DNA of 64,000 nt from Cyanobacteria bacterium auto_48_18 (GTDB lineage: Bacteria > Cyanobacteriota > Vampirovibrionia > Obscuribacterales > Obscuribacteraceae), in contig JAVHQC010000029.1 in the NCBI GenBank assembly GCA_036170915.1, positions 325,437-389,436 of the forward strand. Direction: 5' to 3'. Shown piece after piece: positions 20,645-30,271 of the stretch. The first letter of the stretch is position 1. Each line of letters opens with the position of its first letter. The translations under genes were made by a program, and so were the position numbers. The notes under the pieces were generated by a model, which saw only the letters and a list, made by a program, of their open reading frames with translations, was not told where the DNA came from and did no database searches.

Positions 20645-21373
20645 ATGCGTACTGAGACTGTGGAATATACCGATGGCGACACCACCTGTAAGGGTTACGT
20701 AGCCTATGCTCAACCAGATGATGAAAAGCGCCCTTGCGTGCTCATAAGCCATGCGTGGGGTGGACAAGACGACTTTGTCCGTGAAAAGGCCGGCAAATTA
20801 GCCGAGCTAGGCTACACGGCTTTTGTCCTGGACAACTATGGCCATGGCCGCACTGGGGCCTCCATGGACGAAAACGGCAAATTAATGCAGCCCTTTATGG
20901 ACGACCGGGCCATGTTGCGCAAACGATTGTTAGCCGGACACATGGCGGCTCAGGCGCATCCTGCCGTCGATGGCGATCGCATAGCGATTATCGGTTATTG
21001 TTTCGGCGGCCTCTGTGCCCTTGATCTTGCCCGCGCCGTTCCAGCCGGGCTGCAAGGAGCTGTCAGCTTCCACGGCCTGTTTCATCCACCAAACCTGGGC
21101 GCACAAGCAGAAATCTCAGCAAAAATATTGATTTTGCACGGCTTCGATGATCCAATGGCACCACCTGCAGAGGCACTAAGTATTGCCAAAGAGCTGACAG
21201 ATGCCAAAGCAGATTGGCAGCTGCACGCATATGGCCACACCGGCCATGCCTTCACTAACCCAGCGATGAACATGCCGGAAAACGGTCTGATGTTCAACGC
21301 AGCAGCCGATAAACGCTCGTGGCAATCGATGAAAGATTTTCTCAGCGAAGCCCTGGCGGTGGACTTACCCTAG
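20645..21373 (+). CDS. Dienelactone hydrolase family protein
   Basis: GYCFGG nucleophile motif, SFHG, HGFDDP, GHAFTNP. Confidence 0.92.
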   Translation: MRTETVEYTDGDTTCKGYVAYAQPDDEKRPCVLISHAWGGQDDFVREKAGKLAELGYTAFVLDNYGHGRTGASMDENGKLMQPFMDDRAMLRKRLLAGHMAAQAHPAVDGDRIAIIGYCFGGLCALDLARAVPAGLQGAVSFHGLFHPPNLGAQAEISAKILILHGFDDPMAPPAEALSIAKELTDAKADWQLHAYGHTGHAFTNPAMNMPENGLMFNAAADKRSWQSMKDFLSEALAVDLP

Positions 21374-21377
21374 TTAG

Positions 21378-21710
21378 TTGAAAACGACCTACAAGCTCTT
21401 TGGCATTTTGCCTACGCTGCTATTTTTAACAGCGTTTGCTGCTGCTATAGCATACAAGCTTGGCTATTACGTCTGGCCGGCCCTGTTAGGGGCAACAGTA
21501 ATAATTTGCGCGCTGTGCCTTGTTCAAATTATTGCTTATCACTCAAGGTCAGTAATATTGATGGACCCGAATTTTAAGACAAGCGATCTTGAATACAAAT
21601 CAAAATTTGAATTGAAAAAATTAGAGCAGCACGCGCATATGATTGGAGCAAGCGATAAGGCCGCAGTCATAGCTGAATATGCAGCAACCAGGGTGCGAAT
21701 CGAAGATTAA
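21378..21710 (+). CDS. Hypothetical two-TM membrane protein
   Basis: Two hydrophobic segments; 110 aa; co-oriented with the upstream genes. Confidence 0.6.
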   Translation: MKTTYKLFGILPTLLFLTAFAAAIAYKLGYYVWPALLGATVIICALCLVQIIAYHSRSVILMDPNFKTSDLEYKSKFELKKLEQHAHMIGASDKAAVIAEYAATRVRIED

Positions 21711-21816
21711 ACGCGATGTCAATCTCCTATGAAAACTAAAGCGTGCACGGTTAAGTTTTAAACTGACACAGCCAACCGACTAGCTCTCAGCAAAAAAAAC
21801 CTGCGCAGTCTTTTTC

Positions 21817-22764
21817 CTAACGACTAGTACCACTCTGATAACGCAAATTATTCTTTGCCACCACAATACGCAAATTTCGCACCACTTCGGCCAATTTTTT
21901 ATTGTCAGGATAGACCATTGCCAGACGCTCAAAAGTAGACAGATAAATTGCCAGCGCATATTGATCATCTGGTGCTTTCTCTAAACGCCGTTCGAGCAAA
22001 GGAATTGCTTGATCGTATTGCCCTTGATCAACTAACTTAAGTGCATAGGCGGTGAAATAGATACCACTACTATCAAAAGGTATAGTTTTAGCATACTGAA
22101 AAAGTCCAACGATTGAGCCCATCACCAGTAACGTTCCAATAATTGGATGCTTAGAAAATTGATGAGTAGGATTCGGCAAGTAAAAACTGCCGAGAATAAA
22201 ACCGGTAATCAAACCGCCCACGTGGCAGAAATTGTCGAAATGAAAAGCAATCCCCATAACAATATTGAGCGCCAGAAAAGCGGTAGCCGACTTTGTGCCA
22301 GCTAAGAAAGCCTCTTTTCCCATGGCTTTGCGATTGGCAAAAAAGTAAGCAAACAAAGCACCATAGATGCCAAAAATAGCTCCCGAAGCCCCGGCAGATG
22401 TCACCCCAGGGTTAAAGAGCATGCTGCAACATGAGCCACCTAAGCCAGACAGCAGGTATAGGTTAAGCATTCGCGGCGTGCCGAAAACACCTTCAGTAGA
22501 CTCGCCAAGATTCCACAGTGCGGCCATGTTAAAAGCAATATGCACAAAGCCAATGTGCAAAAACATAGACGAAAACAATCGCCACCACTCACCGTTCAAA
22601 GAAAGTGGGCCAAAATTGGCACCCCAATCTTGCAGCATCTGCGTAGTGGGAGTTGTGGCAGCCTTGCCACCAGAGACAATTACCATGGCTACAAAGATAA
22701 TTATATTGATGGCCACAATTATCTTGGTTGCCGGAAACTTCGCAGCGGGCCGTTCTTCGTTCAT
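21817..22764 (-). CDS. Rhomboid intramembrane serine protease with C-terminal TPR
   Basis: GEWWRL, FLHIGFVHIAFNM, GASGAIFG, HVGGLITG. Confidence 0.92.
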   Translation of the reverse strand: MNEERPAAKFPATKIIVAINIIIFVAMVIVSGGKAATTPTTQMLQDWGANFGPLSLNGEWWRLFSSMFLHIGFVHIAFNMAALWNLGESTEGVFGTPRMLNLYLLSGLGGSCCSMLFNPGVTSAGASGAIFGIYGALFAYFFANRKAMGKEAFLAGTKSATAFLALNIVMGIAFHFDNFCHVGGLITGFILGSFYLPNPTHQFSKHPIIGTLLVMGSIVGLFQYAKTIPFDSSGIYFTAYALKLVDQGQYDQAIPLLERRLEKAPDDQYALAIYLSTFERLAMVYPDNKKLAEVVRNLRIVVAKNNLRYQSGTSR

Positions 22765-24296
22765 AATGCCGGCACGGCTTCACTGCCCACGCCATACTGA
22801 GCCAGCAGGGGCGTCAGCTTAGCTTCAATGAGCTTTTTGGCCAGCACCAGATCGACCTGATCTGGCTTTTCAATACCAGCACACAGTTCAGCCAAAATTT
22901 CATCGTTAACGATGCCGGCTTCCAGAGCCAGCTTATAAGGATGATTGCTGAACGTCACCAGCGAATAGCGCGACCGGTAGGCACCGGCAAACTCTTTCTC
23001 TAAAACTTTCTCTACACCCTTGCCGAGCAAGAATTTAGGGTCGCCGACCTTGTCTCTCATTTCTATAAAGTTCTCTACTGCCATATCTGCAATTGCATCA
23101 CAGTTTGGCTTGCGGCGCTTGACCAGCTCGTCAAAAATCATCTGCCAGTTAAAAACACCATCTCTTGAACGGCGGCGTTTATTCTCATTGTCGTCTTTAC
23201 TGGCAGGGGTGCCACGATGATCAATATAGAGGCTGCCACCACGCGCGATGTGCTCATCGATACACTCTTCAAGAATACTCAAATCTTCAAATCCGCAATT
23301 GGCACCCTGGCCAAAGAAAGGCACAATGGCGTGGGCCGCGTCACCCAAAAGCAGAGCGCGACCGTCTACGTTCCACGGATGGCACTTGACCGTATCCATA
23401 TGCCCTGTAGGATTAGCAAAGAAATTGTCCACAAGATTCGGAATCAAAGGCACGGCGTCGCCAAACTCTTGATTGAAAAATTGCGAAACTTCTTCTCTGG
23501 TGGTTAGCTTTTCGAAACTAACGTCGCCGGTGAAAGGCAGAAAAAGCGTACAAGTGTAGCTGCCATCGTAGTTAGGCAAAGCAATGAGCATATAGGCGCC
23601 CCGTGGCCAAATATGCAGAGCATTTTTCTCCATCTTGAAGCCGCCGCCATCTTGAGCAGGTATAACCAGCTCTTTGTAGCCGTAGTCTAAACGCGCTTCA
23701 GTGCTTTTGTAACCGTAACCACTGGTAATATCATCGCGAATTTTCGACGCAGATCCATCTGTACCGATAACAATATCTGCCTCTACCTTGTAGCTGTGAT
23801 GTGGCTCACTGAGCTCATCGACGAAGGACACATGATTGTGCTCAACATCTAAACCCATTGCTTTTTGTTCAAAGAAAAAGCGCACCGCTCCTGTTGCTTC
23901 GGCTTTGGTCATCAGCAACTTATTCAGACTGCCTCGCGAAATTGAATTGATAAATTCATCATCGCTTTTTCCATAAGCCTGATAGGTAAGCTCACCGGTC
24001 TTTGAATGCATCATGCGGCCGCGCATGGGCACGGCCTGTGCAAGAATTTCATTATCAAGCCCAGCTTGATGCAGCGCTTTTAAACCACGAGTAGAAATAG
24101 CTAAGTTAATTGAACGACCGGCCGAAATTTGTTCTTTGCGCATGTCAGGTCGACGCTCGTAGACATCAATTTTGAAACCGCGTTTAGCAAGAAAAATGGC
24201 AAGCAGTGAACCTACCAGCCCTGCGCCAATCACCGCTATTTCAGAGCGTTTGAGATCTTCATCGGCGTTTGGGGTTGACTTAATATCTTGAGCCAT
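22761..24296 (-). CDS. kmo: Kynurenine 3-monooxygenase
   Basis: GAGLVG, GRSINLAISTRG, YGYKEL, ALHIWPR, GDAAHAIVPFFGQG; operon context. Confidence 0.95.
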   Translation of the reverse strand: MAQDIKSTPNADEDLKRSEIAVIGAGLVGSLLAIFLAKRGFKIDVYERRPDMRKEQISAGRSINLAISTRGLKALHQAGLDNEILAQAVPMRGRMMHSKTGELTYQAYGKSDDEFINSISRGSLNKLLMTKAEATGAVRFFFEQKAMGLDVEHNHVSFVDELSEPHHSYKVEADIVIGTDGSASKIRDDITSGYGYKSTEARLDYGYKELVIPAQDGGGFKMEKNALHIWPRGAYMLIALPNYDGSYTCTLFLPFTGDVSFEKLTTREEVSQFFNQEFGDAVPLIPNLVDNFFANPTGHMDTVKCHPWNVDGRALLLGDAAHAIVPFFGQGANCGFEDLSILEECIDEHIARGGSLYIDHRGTPASKDDNENKRRRSRDGVFNWQMIFDELVKRRKPNCDAIADMAVENFIEMRDKVGDPKFLLGKGVEKVLEKEFAGAYRSRYSLVTFSNHPYKLALEAGIVNDEILAELCAGIEKPDQVDLVLAKKLIEAKLTPLLAQYGVGSEAVPAL

Positions 24297-24315
24297 TTAT
24301 CTATCCTCTTATGAG

Positions 24316-25617
24316 TTATTTCTGCTCGCCGGAAAATCGCCGCACCACTTCATAAAAGCGGTAGACATCTTCAAAAGTGTTGTACATAGCAATGGGTGTA
24401 GCGCGAATGATATCTGGTTCGCGAAAATCGCAAACCACTCCCTCTTGCTTAAACCGCTCTAAAAGCTCTTTGCCATCACCTTTAAACCTGATGCTCAGCT
24501 GACTGCCGCGCTGCTTAGAATCTGGCGGTGTAATTATTGAACAAAATCCAGCATCCAACGAGTTAAGCAGATACTCCATAAATCCGGTTAGTTTGACGCT
24601 GCGCGCGCGGAGCTTGGGCATGGTCGCTTGATCAAATAATTCCAGTGAAGCCCTGAGAGCTGCCAACTGAAAAATCGGTGGGTTGGAAAGTTGCCAACCT
24701 TCCGCTCCGGCCATAGGATCAAACACTGAAGCCATTTTGAAGCGATCTTGTTTATTGTGGCCCCACCAACCGGCAAATCGCGGCAAGTCAAAAGCGCGGG
24801 CGTGCTTTTCATGCACAAAGCATCCTGACAAACCACCAGGACCAGAATTCAAATATTTGTAAGTACACCAGACAGCAAAATCAACTTGCCAGTCATGCAA
24901 ACTGAGCTCGAGATTTCCCGCACCGTGAGCTAGATTGAGACCAAAGGTAGCGCCTTGCTTGTGGGCTTCTGCGGCAATTTTGTCTACTTCAAAGGCCTGG
25001 CCTGTTAGATAATTTACGTCACCAAGCATTACCAGGGCTACTTCAGATCCGCGCTCTTGCAGCAAGGCAATTATGTCGTCAGTGGCAAGAGTATCGCAGC
25101 CTTCTTTAGGGGTTAGCTCAATGATCGCGTCGGCGCCATAACCGTGAAAATTGGCTTGCGAAGCCACTGCATATTGATCAGAAGGAAAAGCATTCTTCTC
25201 AATCACTATTTTGTAGCGCTCGCGCGTAGGCCGATAAAATGACACCATCATCAGATGCAAATTAACGGTGAGCGTGTTCATCACCACCACTTCGCTCGGC
25301 AATGCACCCACCAGGCGCGCACTACTTGCGGTGACAAATTCATGATAAGGCAACCAGGGGTGCCGCGCATGAAGATGGCCTTCTACTCCGAGCTTAGCCC
25401 AGTCATCAAGCTCAGCTTGAATATAATCGCGTGTACGGCGAGGCTGCAGTCCAAGTGAATTTCCTGCCAGATAAACACACGATTGTCCACTGGCCGCGCT
25501 TAAATCATCCGGCAAAATAAATTGCTTACGCAATTCGGCCCATTCACCATCAACATCTAAAGAGCGAGCGAACTCCAGAGAATTTTCAAATTGCGTCTTT
25601 GCACACTGATTCATCAA
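24316..25617 (-). CDS. kynU: Kynureninase
   Basis: YLAGNSLGLQP, MNTLTVNLHL, AFPSDQY, WCTYKYLNSGPG, GWWGH. Confidence 0.96.
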   Translation of the reverse strand: MMNQCAKTQFENSLEFARSLDVDGEWAELRKQFILPDDLSAASGQSCVYLAGNSLGLQPRRTRDYIQAELDDWAKLGVEGHLHARHPWLPYHEFVTASSARLVGALPSEVVVMNTLTVNLHLMMVSFYRPTRERYKIVIEKNAFPSDQYAVASQANFHGYGADAIIELTPKEGCDTLATDDIIALLQERGSEVALVMLGDVNYLTGQAFEVDKIAAEAHKQGATFGLNLAHGAGNLELSLHDWQVDFAVWCTYKYLNSGPGGLSGCFVHEKHARAFDLPRFAGWWGHNKQDRFKMASVFDPMAGAEGWQLSNPPIFQLAALRASLELFDQATMPKLRARSVKLTGFMEYLLNSLDAGFCSIITPPDSKQRGSQLSIRFKGDGKELLERFKQEGVVCDFREPDIIRATPIAMYNTFEDVYRFYEVVRRFSGEQK

Positions 25618-26667
25618 TTATCCCTGTGTTCCTATTTTTTGACTGAGGCCACCTTTTGCACCAATACTGCTCATGCCCAGCCATTCTAAGGCCGTGCCGC
25701 TCAGCAATCTTTCTTTCACTTCAACGCTTACATCTGTAAGCGATTCGATCATTTTTCCAGGTTCGGCTTCCATTAGAGGGAACGGATAATCGGTGCCCAG
25801 CGCAATGCATTTTTCGCCAAACAAATTTAAAATGAAGCGTAAAACATTGGCATCATGCACCAGGGCATCTACATAAAACTTGCCAACGTACTCAGTGGGG
25901 CAATGGGCATTATCAACAGCGCAAAGATCCTGCCTGGAAGCAAATCCATGAGCAATACGGCCCAAAGTCATGGGGAAGGCACCGCCACCATGGGCGAAGG
26001 CAACACGCAAATTGGGCAAGCGCTCAAAGACACCACCAAAGATCATTGAGCAAATTGCCAGCGATACTTCAGCGGGCATTCCCACCAGCCAGGGCAACAT
26101 ATATTTCGGCATGCGGCTTTCGCCCATCATGTCCCAGGGGTGAACGAATATTGCTGCACCAAGTTCGCTTGCCGCTTCGAACACCGGAAAGAGCCGCTCT
26201 TCGCAGAGATTCCAATCGTTGACGTGAGAGCCGATTTGCACACCGCGCAAACCCAGCTCTTTAACGCAGCGGGTCATTTCTTTAATTGCCAAATCAGGGT
26301 CTTGCATAGGAATTGTGCCCAGACCAGCAAAACGATCCGGCCGGCCGCGCACCACTTCGGCGATATGATCATTTAAGTGCGCTGACAAATCGAGGCCGTC
26401 TTTTGGTTGCGCCCAATAACTGAACATCACGGGCACCGTAGATAGTACCTGCAAGTCTACGCCTGCGCCATCGCATTCGCGAATGCGAACGGAAGGATCC
26501 CAGCAATTTTCTTCAATTTCACGGAAAAATTTACCGTCATCACGCACCATTCGCGCGCAACAAGGCTTGTGGTGCTCGAGTTCGATAAATCCACCATAGC
26601 CATACTTGTCTTTGAACTTAGGCAGCTCTTTTGGAAGAATGTGGGTGTGAATATCAATCTTTTTCAT
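25618..26667 (-). CDS. nbaD: 2-amino-3-carboxymuconate-6-semialdehyde decarboxylase (ACMSD)
   Basis: IDIHTH, STVPVMFSYW, FVHPWDM, AHGGG, GTDYPFPL. Confidence 0.93.
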   Translation of the reverse strand: MKKIDIHTHILPKELPKFKDKYGYGGFIELEHHKPCCARMVRDDGKFFREIEENCWDPSVRIRECDGAGVDLQVLSTVPVMFSYWAQPKDGLDLSAHLNDHIAEVVRGRPDRFAGLGTIPMQDPDLAIKEMTRCVKELGLRGVQIGSHVNDWNLCEERLFPVFEAASELGAAIFVHPWDMMGESRMPKYMLPWLVGMPAEVSLAICSMIFGGVFERLPNLRVAFAHGGGAFPMTLGRIAHGFASRQDLCAVDNAHCPTEYVGKFYVDALVHDANVLRFILNLFGEKCIALGTDYPFPLMEAEPGKMIESLTDVSVEVKERLLSGTALEWLGMSSIGAKGGLSQKIGTQG

Positions 26668-27196
26668 TGTGGCTGGCAACCTTTGCTTCGGGCCTCAAAA
26701 CCTTTGTGCCGCAATTCTTGCAAGTAGTGTTACTGCCGGCATAAAAGCGCTCGAAAATGGGCGGAAACTGCGTGGCAATATTGGTTAGCTGAAAATGTTC
26801 CTCATAGAGTTTTTCGCCGCAGCTTTCACAAAACCAGATGAAACCGTCTTCTTCACCAGGCTGACGCTTTTGCTCAATCACCAGGCCAATGGTGTTGGCT
26901 GGCCGGCGCGGCGAATGCGGCACACTGGCGGGCAAGAGAAAAATCTCTCCCTCTTTGATTGTTATCGATTGATGTTCGCCTTGGTCAAAAACTTTGAGGG
27001 TAATGTCGCCTTCCACCTGATAGAAAAATTCTTCGCCACCGTTGACATGAAAATCAGTGCGTGAATTCGGCCCGCCAACAACCATGACAATGACGTCGCG
27101 GTCTTCCCAGATTACTTTGTTGCCCACCGGCGGCTTGAGCAGGTGCCGATTTTCGTTAATCCAGCCCATGAAATTAATTGGCGAAAGACGACCCAC
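26654..27196 (-). CDS. nbaC: 3-hydroxyanthranilate 3,4-dioxygenase
   Basis: LLKPPVGNK, VGGPNSRTDFH, EEFFYQ, VPHSPRR, rubredoxin-like CESC/CKNC; GGAGG RBS before GTG 27196. Confidence 0.96.
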   Translation of the reverse strand: MGRLSPINFMGWINENRHLLKPPVGNKVIWEDRDVIVMVVGGPNSRTDFHVNGGEEFFYQVEGDITLKVFDQGEHQSITIKEGEIFLLPASVPHSPRRPANTIGLVIEQKRQPGEEDGFIWFCESCGEKLYEEHFQLTNIATQFPPIFERFYAGSNTTCKNCGTKVLRPEAKVASHNEKD

Positions 27197-27320
27197 AAAA
27201 ACCTCCACTATTTGGCAAGCCTGATTGAGCTCGCAAATAGTCTACAAAGCCCAAGAGCAGTCTGGCATATAAATCAGATAAGCTTTATATCTAAATCTCT
27301 CTATTCACTGTTCACGGCAT

Positions 27321-28658
27321 TCAGCGCAAGGGCAGCGGCTCGAAGTCATAGTACGGCTTTGCGGCAATGGTGTCGGTCTCGTAGTTGGTTGAGGCCACCG
27401 AGTACAGGGTGGGAAAGTCTGTGATGGTCGGCCCAGCTTTCGGTAACAGCTTATATTTTGCCTCTTTTGCCATTTTGCTCCAGACCAGCGCCGGATTCTG
27501 GCCGGTGGCGTAGATAAGCAGGTTGCGCGGGCCCTTGCCCTCGGGCACCTGGGCGAAAACCACACCAGGCTGGGTACGCAAAATATGGTTAATAGCCGCC
27601 ACCTTGCAGAGACAAGAAAGGCTGGTAATCTGAATTGTGCTCACTTGATAGCTGTGCTTGCCCGGCTGGCTGAGCAGGTCTACGCCGGCCTTGATTAAGC
27701 CGGCCACCAGTGTGCGGCGCTGTGAGGGCTCTTGCGTGGCGCTTTTGCCGGCCATCACCTTGAGTAAGGCCAGCGCTTCAGGCTCTTTATGCGAAATAGT
27801 CAAAAGTGCCGCGTGCGCCAGCACAAATTTGCCTTCATCAGGGCTGAGAGTAACCGCTCGACTGAAACAGCCGCCGGCGGCAGGGTTCTGGTCTGCTTGA
27901 AAGGCGCGTCCAAGGTGATAGTAAAAATCAGCGTCAGTAGCAAAATTAGCTCGGGCCGATTGCAAAATAAAATTAGTCAGCGGTCCAGAGCCTAAGGCAC
28001 GTCCATTTTGCGCCAGCAATAAAAGTAAATTCTGGTTGGCTGATTCTTGCGGCAATATCTGCGCAAGCAATGGTTTTGCCGCATCAATCTGACCACTGGC
28101 TAAAGCCGCGCCACAGCACTTTTCGCTAATGGAACGGTCTGTGGGTTTAAGCAAATGGGCCTGACGATAAAGAGCAAAGGCTCTTGCAAAAGCCTTGAGC
28201 CCGACGTAACAATCACCAGTCAAAACCAGCCTGGTGCAGATATCTACGCCAGCTGCGGGTGGCAATTTTTCTACTTTATCTAATTGCTTCAGGGCGTTGG
28301 TGGCACCCTGTTCGGGATCATTAGCAATTGCTTGAGCCAGTCCTAGAGCGGCAATATAATCATGCGGATGAATTTTGGCACTGGCACTAAAGACGCTTTG
28401 AGCCAGTTCACGATCGCCAATTTGCAATTGCAAAATAGCGAAATTTGTCGCCGCCACCAGATCATTAGGATTAGCCTCATAAGCGGCTCTTGCCTCATAC
28501 GAACGCTCTTGCGGCGAGGCAAGTTTTTTTGGCTGGGCAGAATTTCCGGCATGCGCGGTAGGCAAACTAAAGCTGCCTGGAGTGACCCAAAATGCAGAGA
28601 GAATCAGCATAGAGGCCAGAGTTTGAAGAGGCAAAGAAAGCTTAGCCATAACCGCCAA
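27321..28658 (-). CDS. Exported TPR protein with C-terminal HMA-like domain
   Basis: Signal peptide, multiple TPR helices, IQITSLSCLCKVAAINHILRTQPGV. Confidence 0.7.
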   Translation of the reverse strand: MAVMAKLSLPLQTLASMLILSAFWVTPGSFSLPTAHAGNSAQPKKLASPQERSYEARAAYEANPNDLVAATNFAILQLQIGDRELAQSVFSASAKIHPHDYIAALGLAQAIANDPEQGATNALKQLDKVEKLPPAAGVDICTRLVLTGDCYVGLKAFARAFALYRQAHLLKPTDRSISEKCCGAALASGQIDAAKPLLAQILPQESANQNLLLLLAQNGRALGSGPLTNFILQSARANFATDADFYYHLGRAFQADQNPAAGGCFSRAVTLSPDEGKFVLAHAALLTISHKEPEALALLKVMAGKSATQEPSQRRTLVAGLIKAGVDLLSQPGKHSYQVSTIQITSLSCLCKVAAINHILRTQPGVVFAQVPEGKGPRNLLIYATGQNPALVWSKMAKEAKYKLLPKAGPTITDFPTLYSVASTNYETDTIAAKPYYDFEPLPLR

Positions 28659-28660
28659 AA

Positions 28661-30028
28661 TTACAATGCTTTTGGTAGGCTGAACCAGAAATTAGAGCCG
28701 GTGCCAGGCGAGCTAAACACGCCCATACTGCCGCCATGCTTGTCGATGCAATACTTTGCCACCAGCAAACTTTTGCCTGGTCCAAGACCATTAGGATCGC
28801 CTTCTTGTGAGGGCTGACGAAAACGATCGAAGATTGCTTTTTTCTGATCGTCAGACAATCCGCAACCGCGATCGATCACTTCAACCCGCATCTTATCAGG
28901 CTCATCTACAATTTGAACACGCACCTTACTGCCCTTAGGCGACACTTTAATTGCGTTCGATAGCAGTGTCTGTATTACCTGGAACATGCGGGCCTCGTCA
29001 GCCATGACTTCGCCGTCAGGACCGTTGATTTCAAATGAAAGATCAGCTTCGCGAATATCATGCAAAAGCGACAACACGCCTTGTTTTACCAGCACCATGA
29101 TGCTGTTGGGGCTCAAGGCAACATCGAAGCTACCAGTCTCAAGCTTGTCTACTTCCACCATGCTGTCGAGGGCACCAATAGCTTTCTGCATATCAGCAAG
29201 AGCGGCATCTCCGCGCACTCTACCGTTGGCGTCAAGAGTGCCATGAATGCCTTGCAATGTCTGTTGAATAAAACCAGATGCACGAGCCAAGGGCACTTTG
29301 ATCTGGTCTGTCACTACTTCGATAAACTTCTTCTTCAGGGTCAAAAGTTCGATGCGTTCGTTGATACCCACAGCCGTGCCGAGATACATCAAAACTCCAC
29401 CCACGTTAATGCGCTTGAGCGACAATTCGACTGAAATCTTCTTGTCGTTGTCGGTGGAGACTTCCATCTCAGTAGACTTGTCGAGATAATTGAGCAGTGA
29501 AGACTCGGCTTGTTTGCCTGAACCGCCAATGGGAAAAACCGAATGAATCGGTCGAGCATCAAGGCCAATAGCCCCGGTATCCATCATATTTTCAAGCGCT
29601 TTATTGGCAAACTCAATTTTGCCGCTGGTGGTGGCTAAAAAAACGCCCACAGGAAGAGCATCAAGTACGAGCCGTAATTTCTCTTTGCTCTCTTTGCGAG
29701 TGTCCATCATGGGAGCAGGGGCCAGCTGATTTTGCGAAGTTTCAGCCACCAGCAGTGTGGCGTTGTCGACTTCAGACCACTGCGCAGTCCAGTTCATGGA
29801 AACTACAACCTTGTCTGGGCAAACAACGCGGCCTTCAAAAGACTTGGCCTGGTTCATAAAACTAGTGGCAAGAAGCGCCTGTTGCGCCAACAATACGTCT
29901 TCGGGGTGCAGAATGTCAAAAAGTGAGTGGCCTAAAAGCTCGGTGGGAGGCACTTTCCACGCAGCAAAACAGGTCGGGCTGATGCTAAGAAAATGGCCAT
30001 TGCCGTCTACCGACGCGATTACTTCCAC
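28661..30028 (-). CDS. PAS-PAS histidine-kinase-like protein with a degenerate H-box
   Basis: PAS (LHPED), N-box LLSNAIK, G1 DRGCGL. The H-box position reads VVTDQIKVPL (no His). Confidence 0.85.
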   Translation of the reverse strand: MEVIASVDGNGHFLSISPTCFAAWKVPPTELLGHSLFDILHPEDVLLAQQALLATSFMNQAKSFEGRVVCPDKVVVSMNWTAQWSEVDNATLLVAETSQNQLAPAPMMDTRKESKEKLRLVLDALPVGVFLATTSGKIEFANKALENMMDTGAIGLDARPIHSVFPIGGSGKQAESSLLNYLDKSTEMEVSTDNDKKISVELSLKRINVGGVLMYLGTAVGINERIELLTLKKKFIEVVTDQIKVPLARASGFIQQTLQGIHGTLDANGRVRGDAALADMQKAIGALDSMVEVDKLETGSFDVALSPNSIMVLVKQGVLSLLHDIREADLSFEINGPDGEVMADEARMFQVIQTLLSNAIKVSPKGSKVRVQIVDEPDKMRVEVIDRGCGLSDDQKKAIFDRFRQPSQEGDPNGLGPGKSLLVAKYCIDKHGGSMGVFSSPGTGSNFWFSLPKAL

Positions 30029-30271
30029 AATACTTCCACGATACTTCTACAAGCCTGGCACGATGCTACCATCTCAAGAAATAGCCAGTCAACATAAACA
30101 CTATAACGTTTTTAGCATGATTATTTCCCGCCCAATTAAGTCGACTGTGGCTGCCACCATTTGTGGTGCTGTTAAGCCGCTGCCAACCCCAGCAGTGGTC
30201 AAGAGCAATAAGAGTCTATAATCGACAATTCAGGAATCTTAGGCATTGTTTCACGCAGGCAGGTTTTACCC

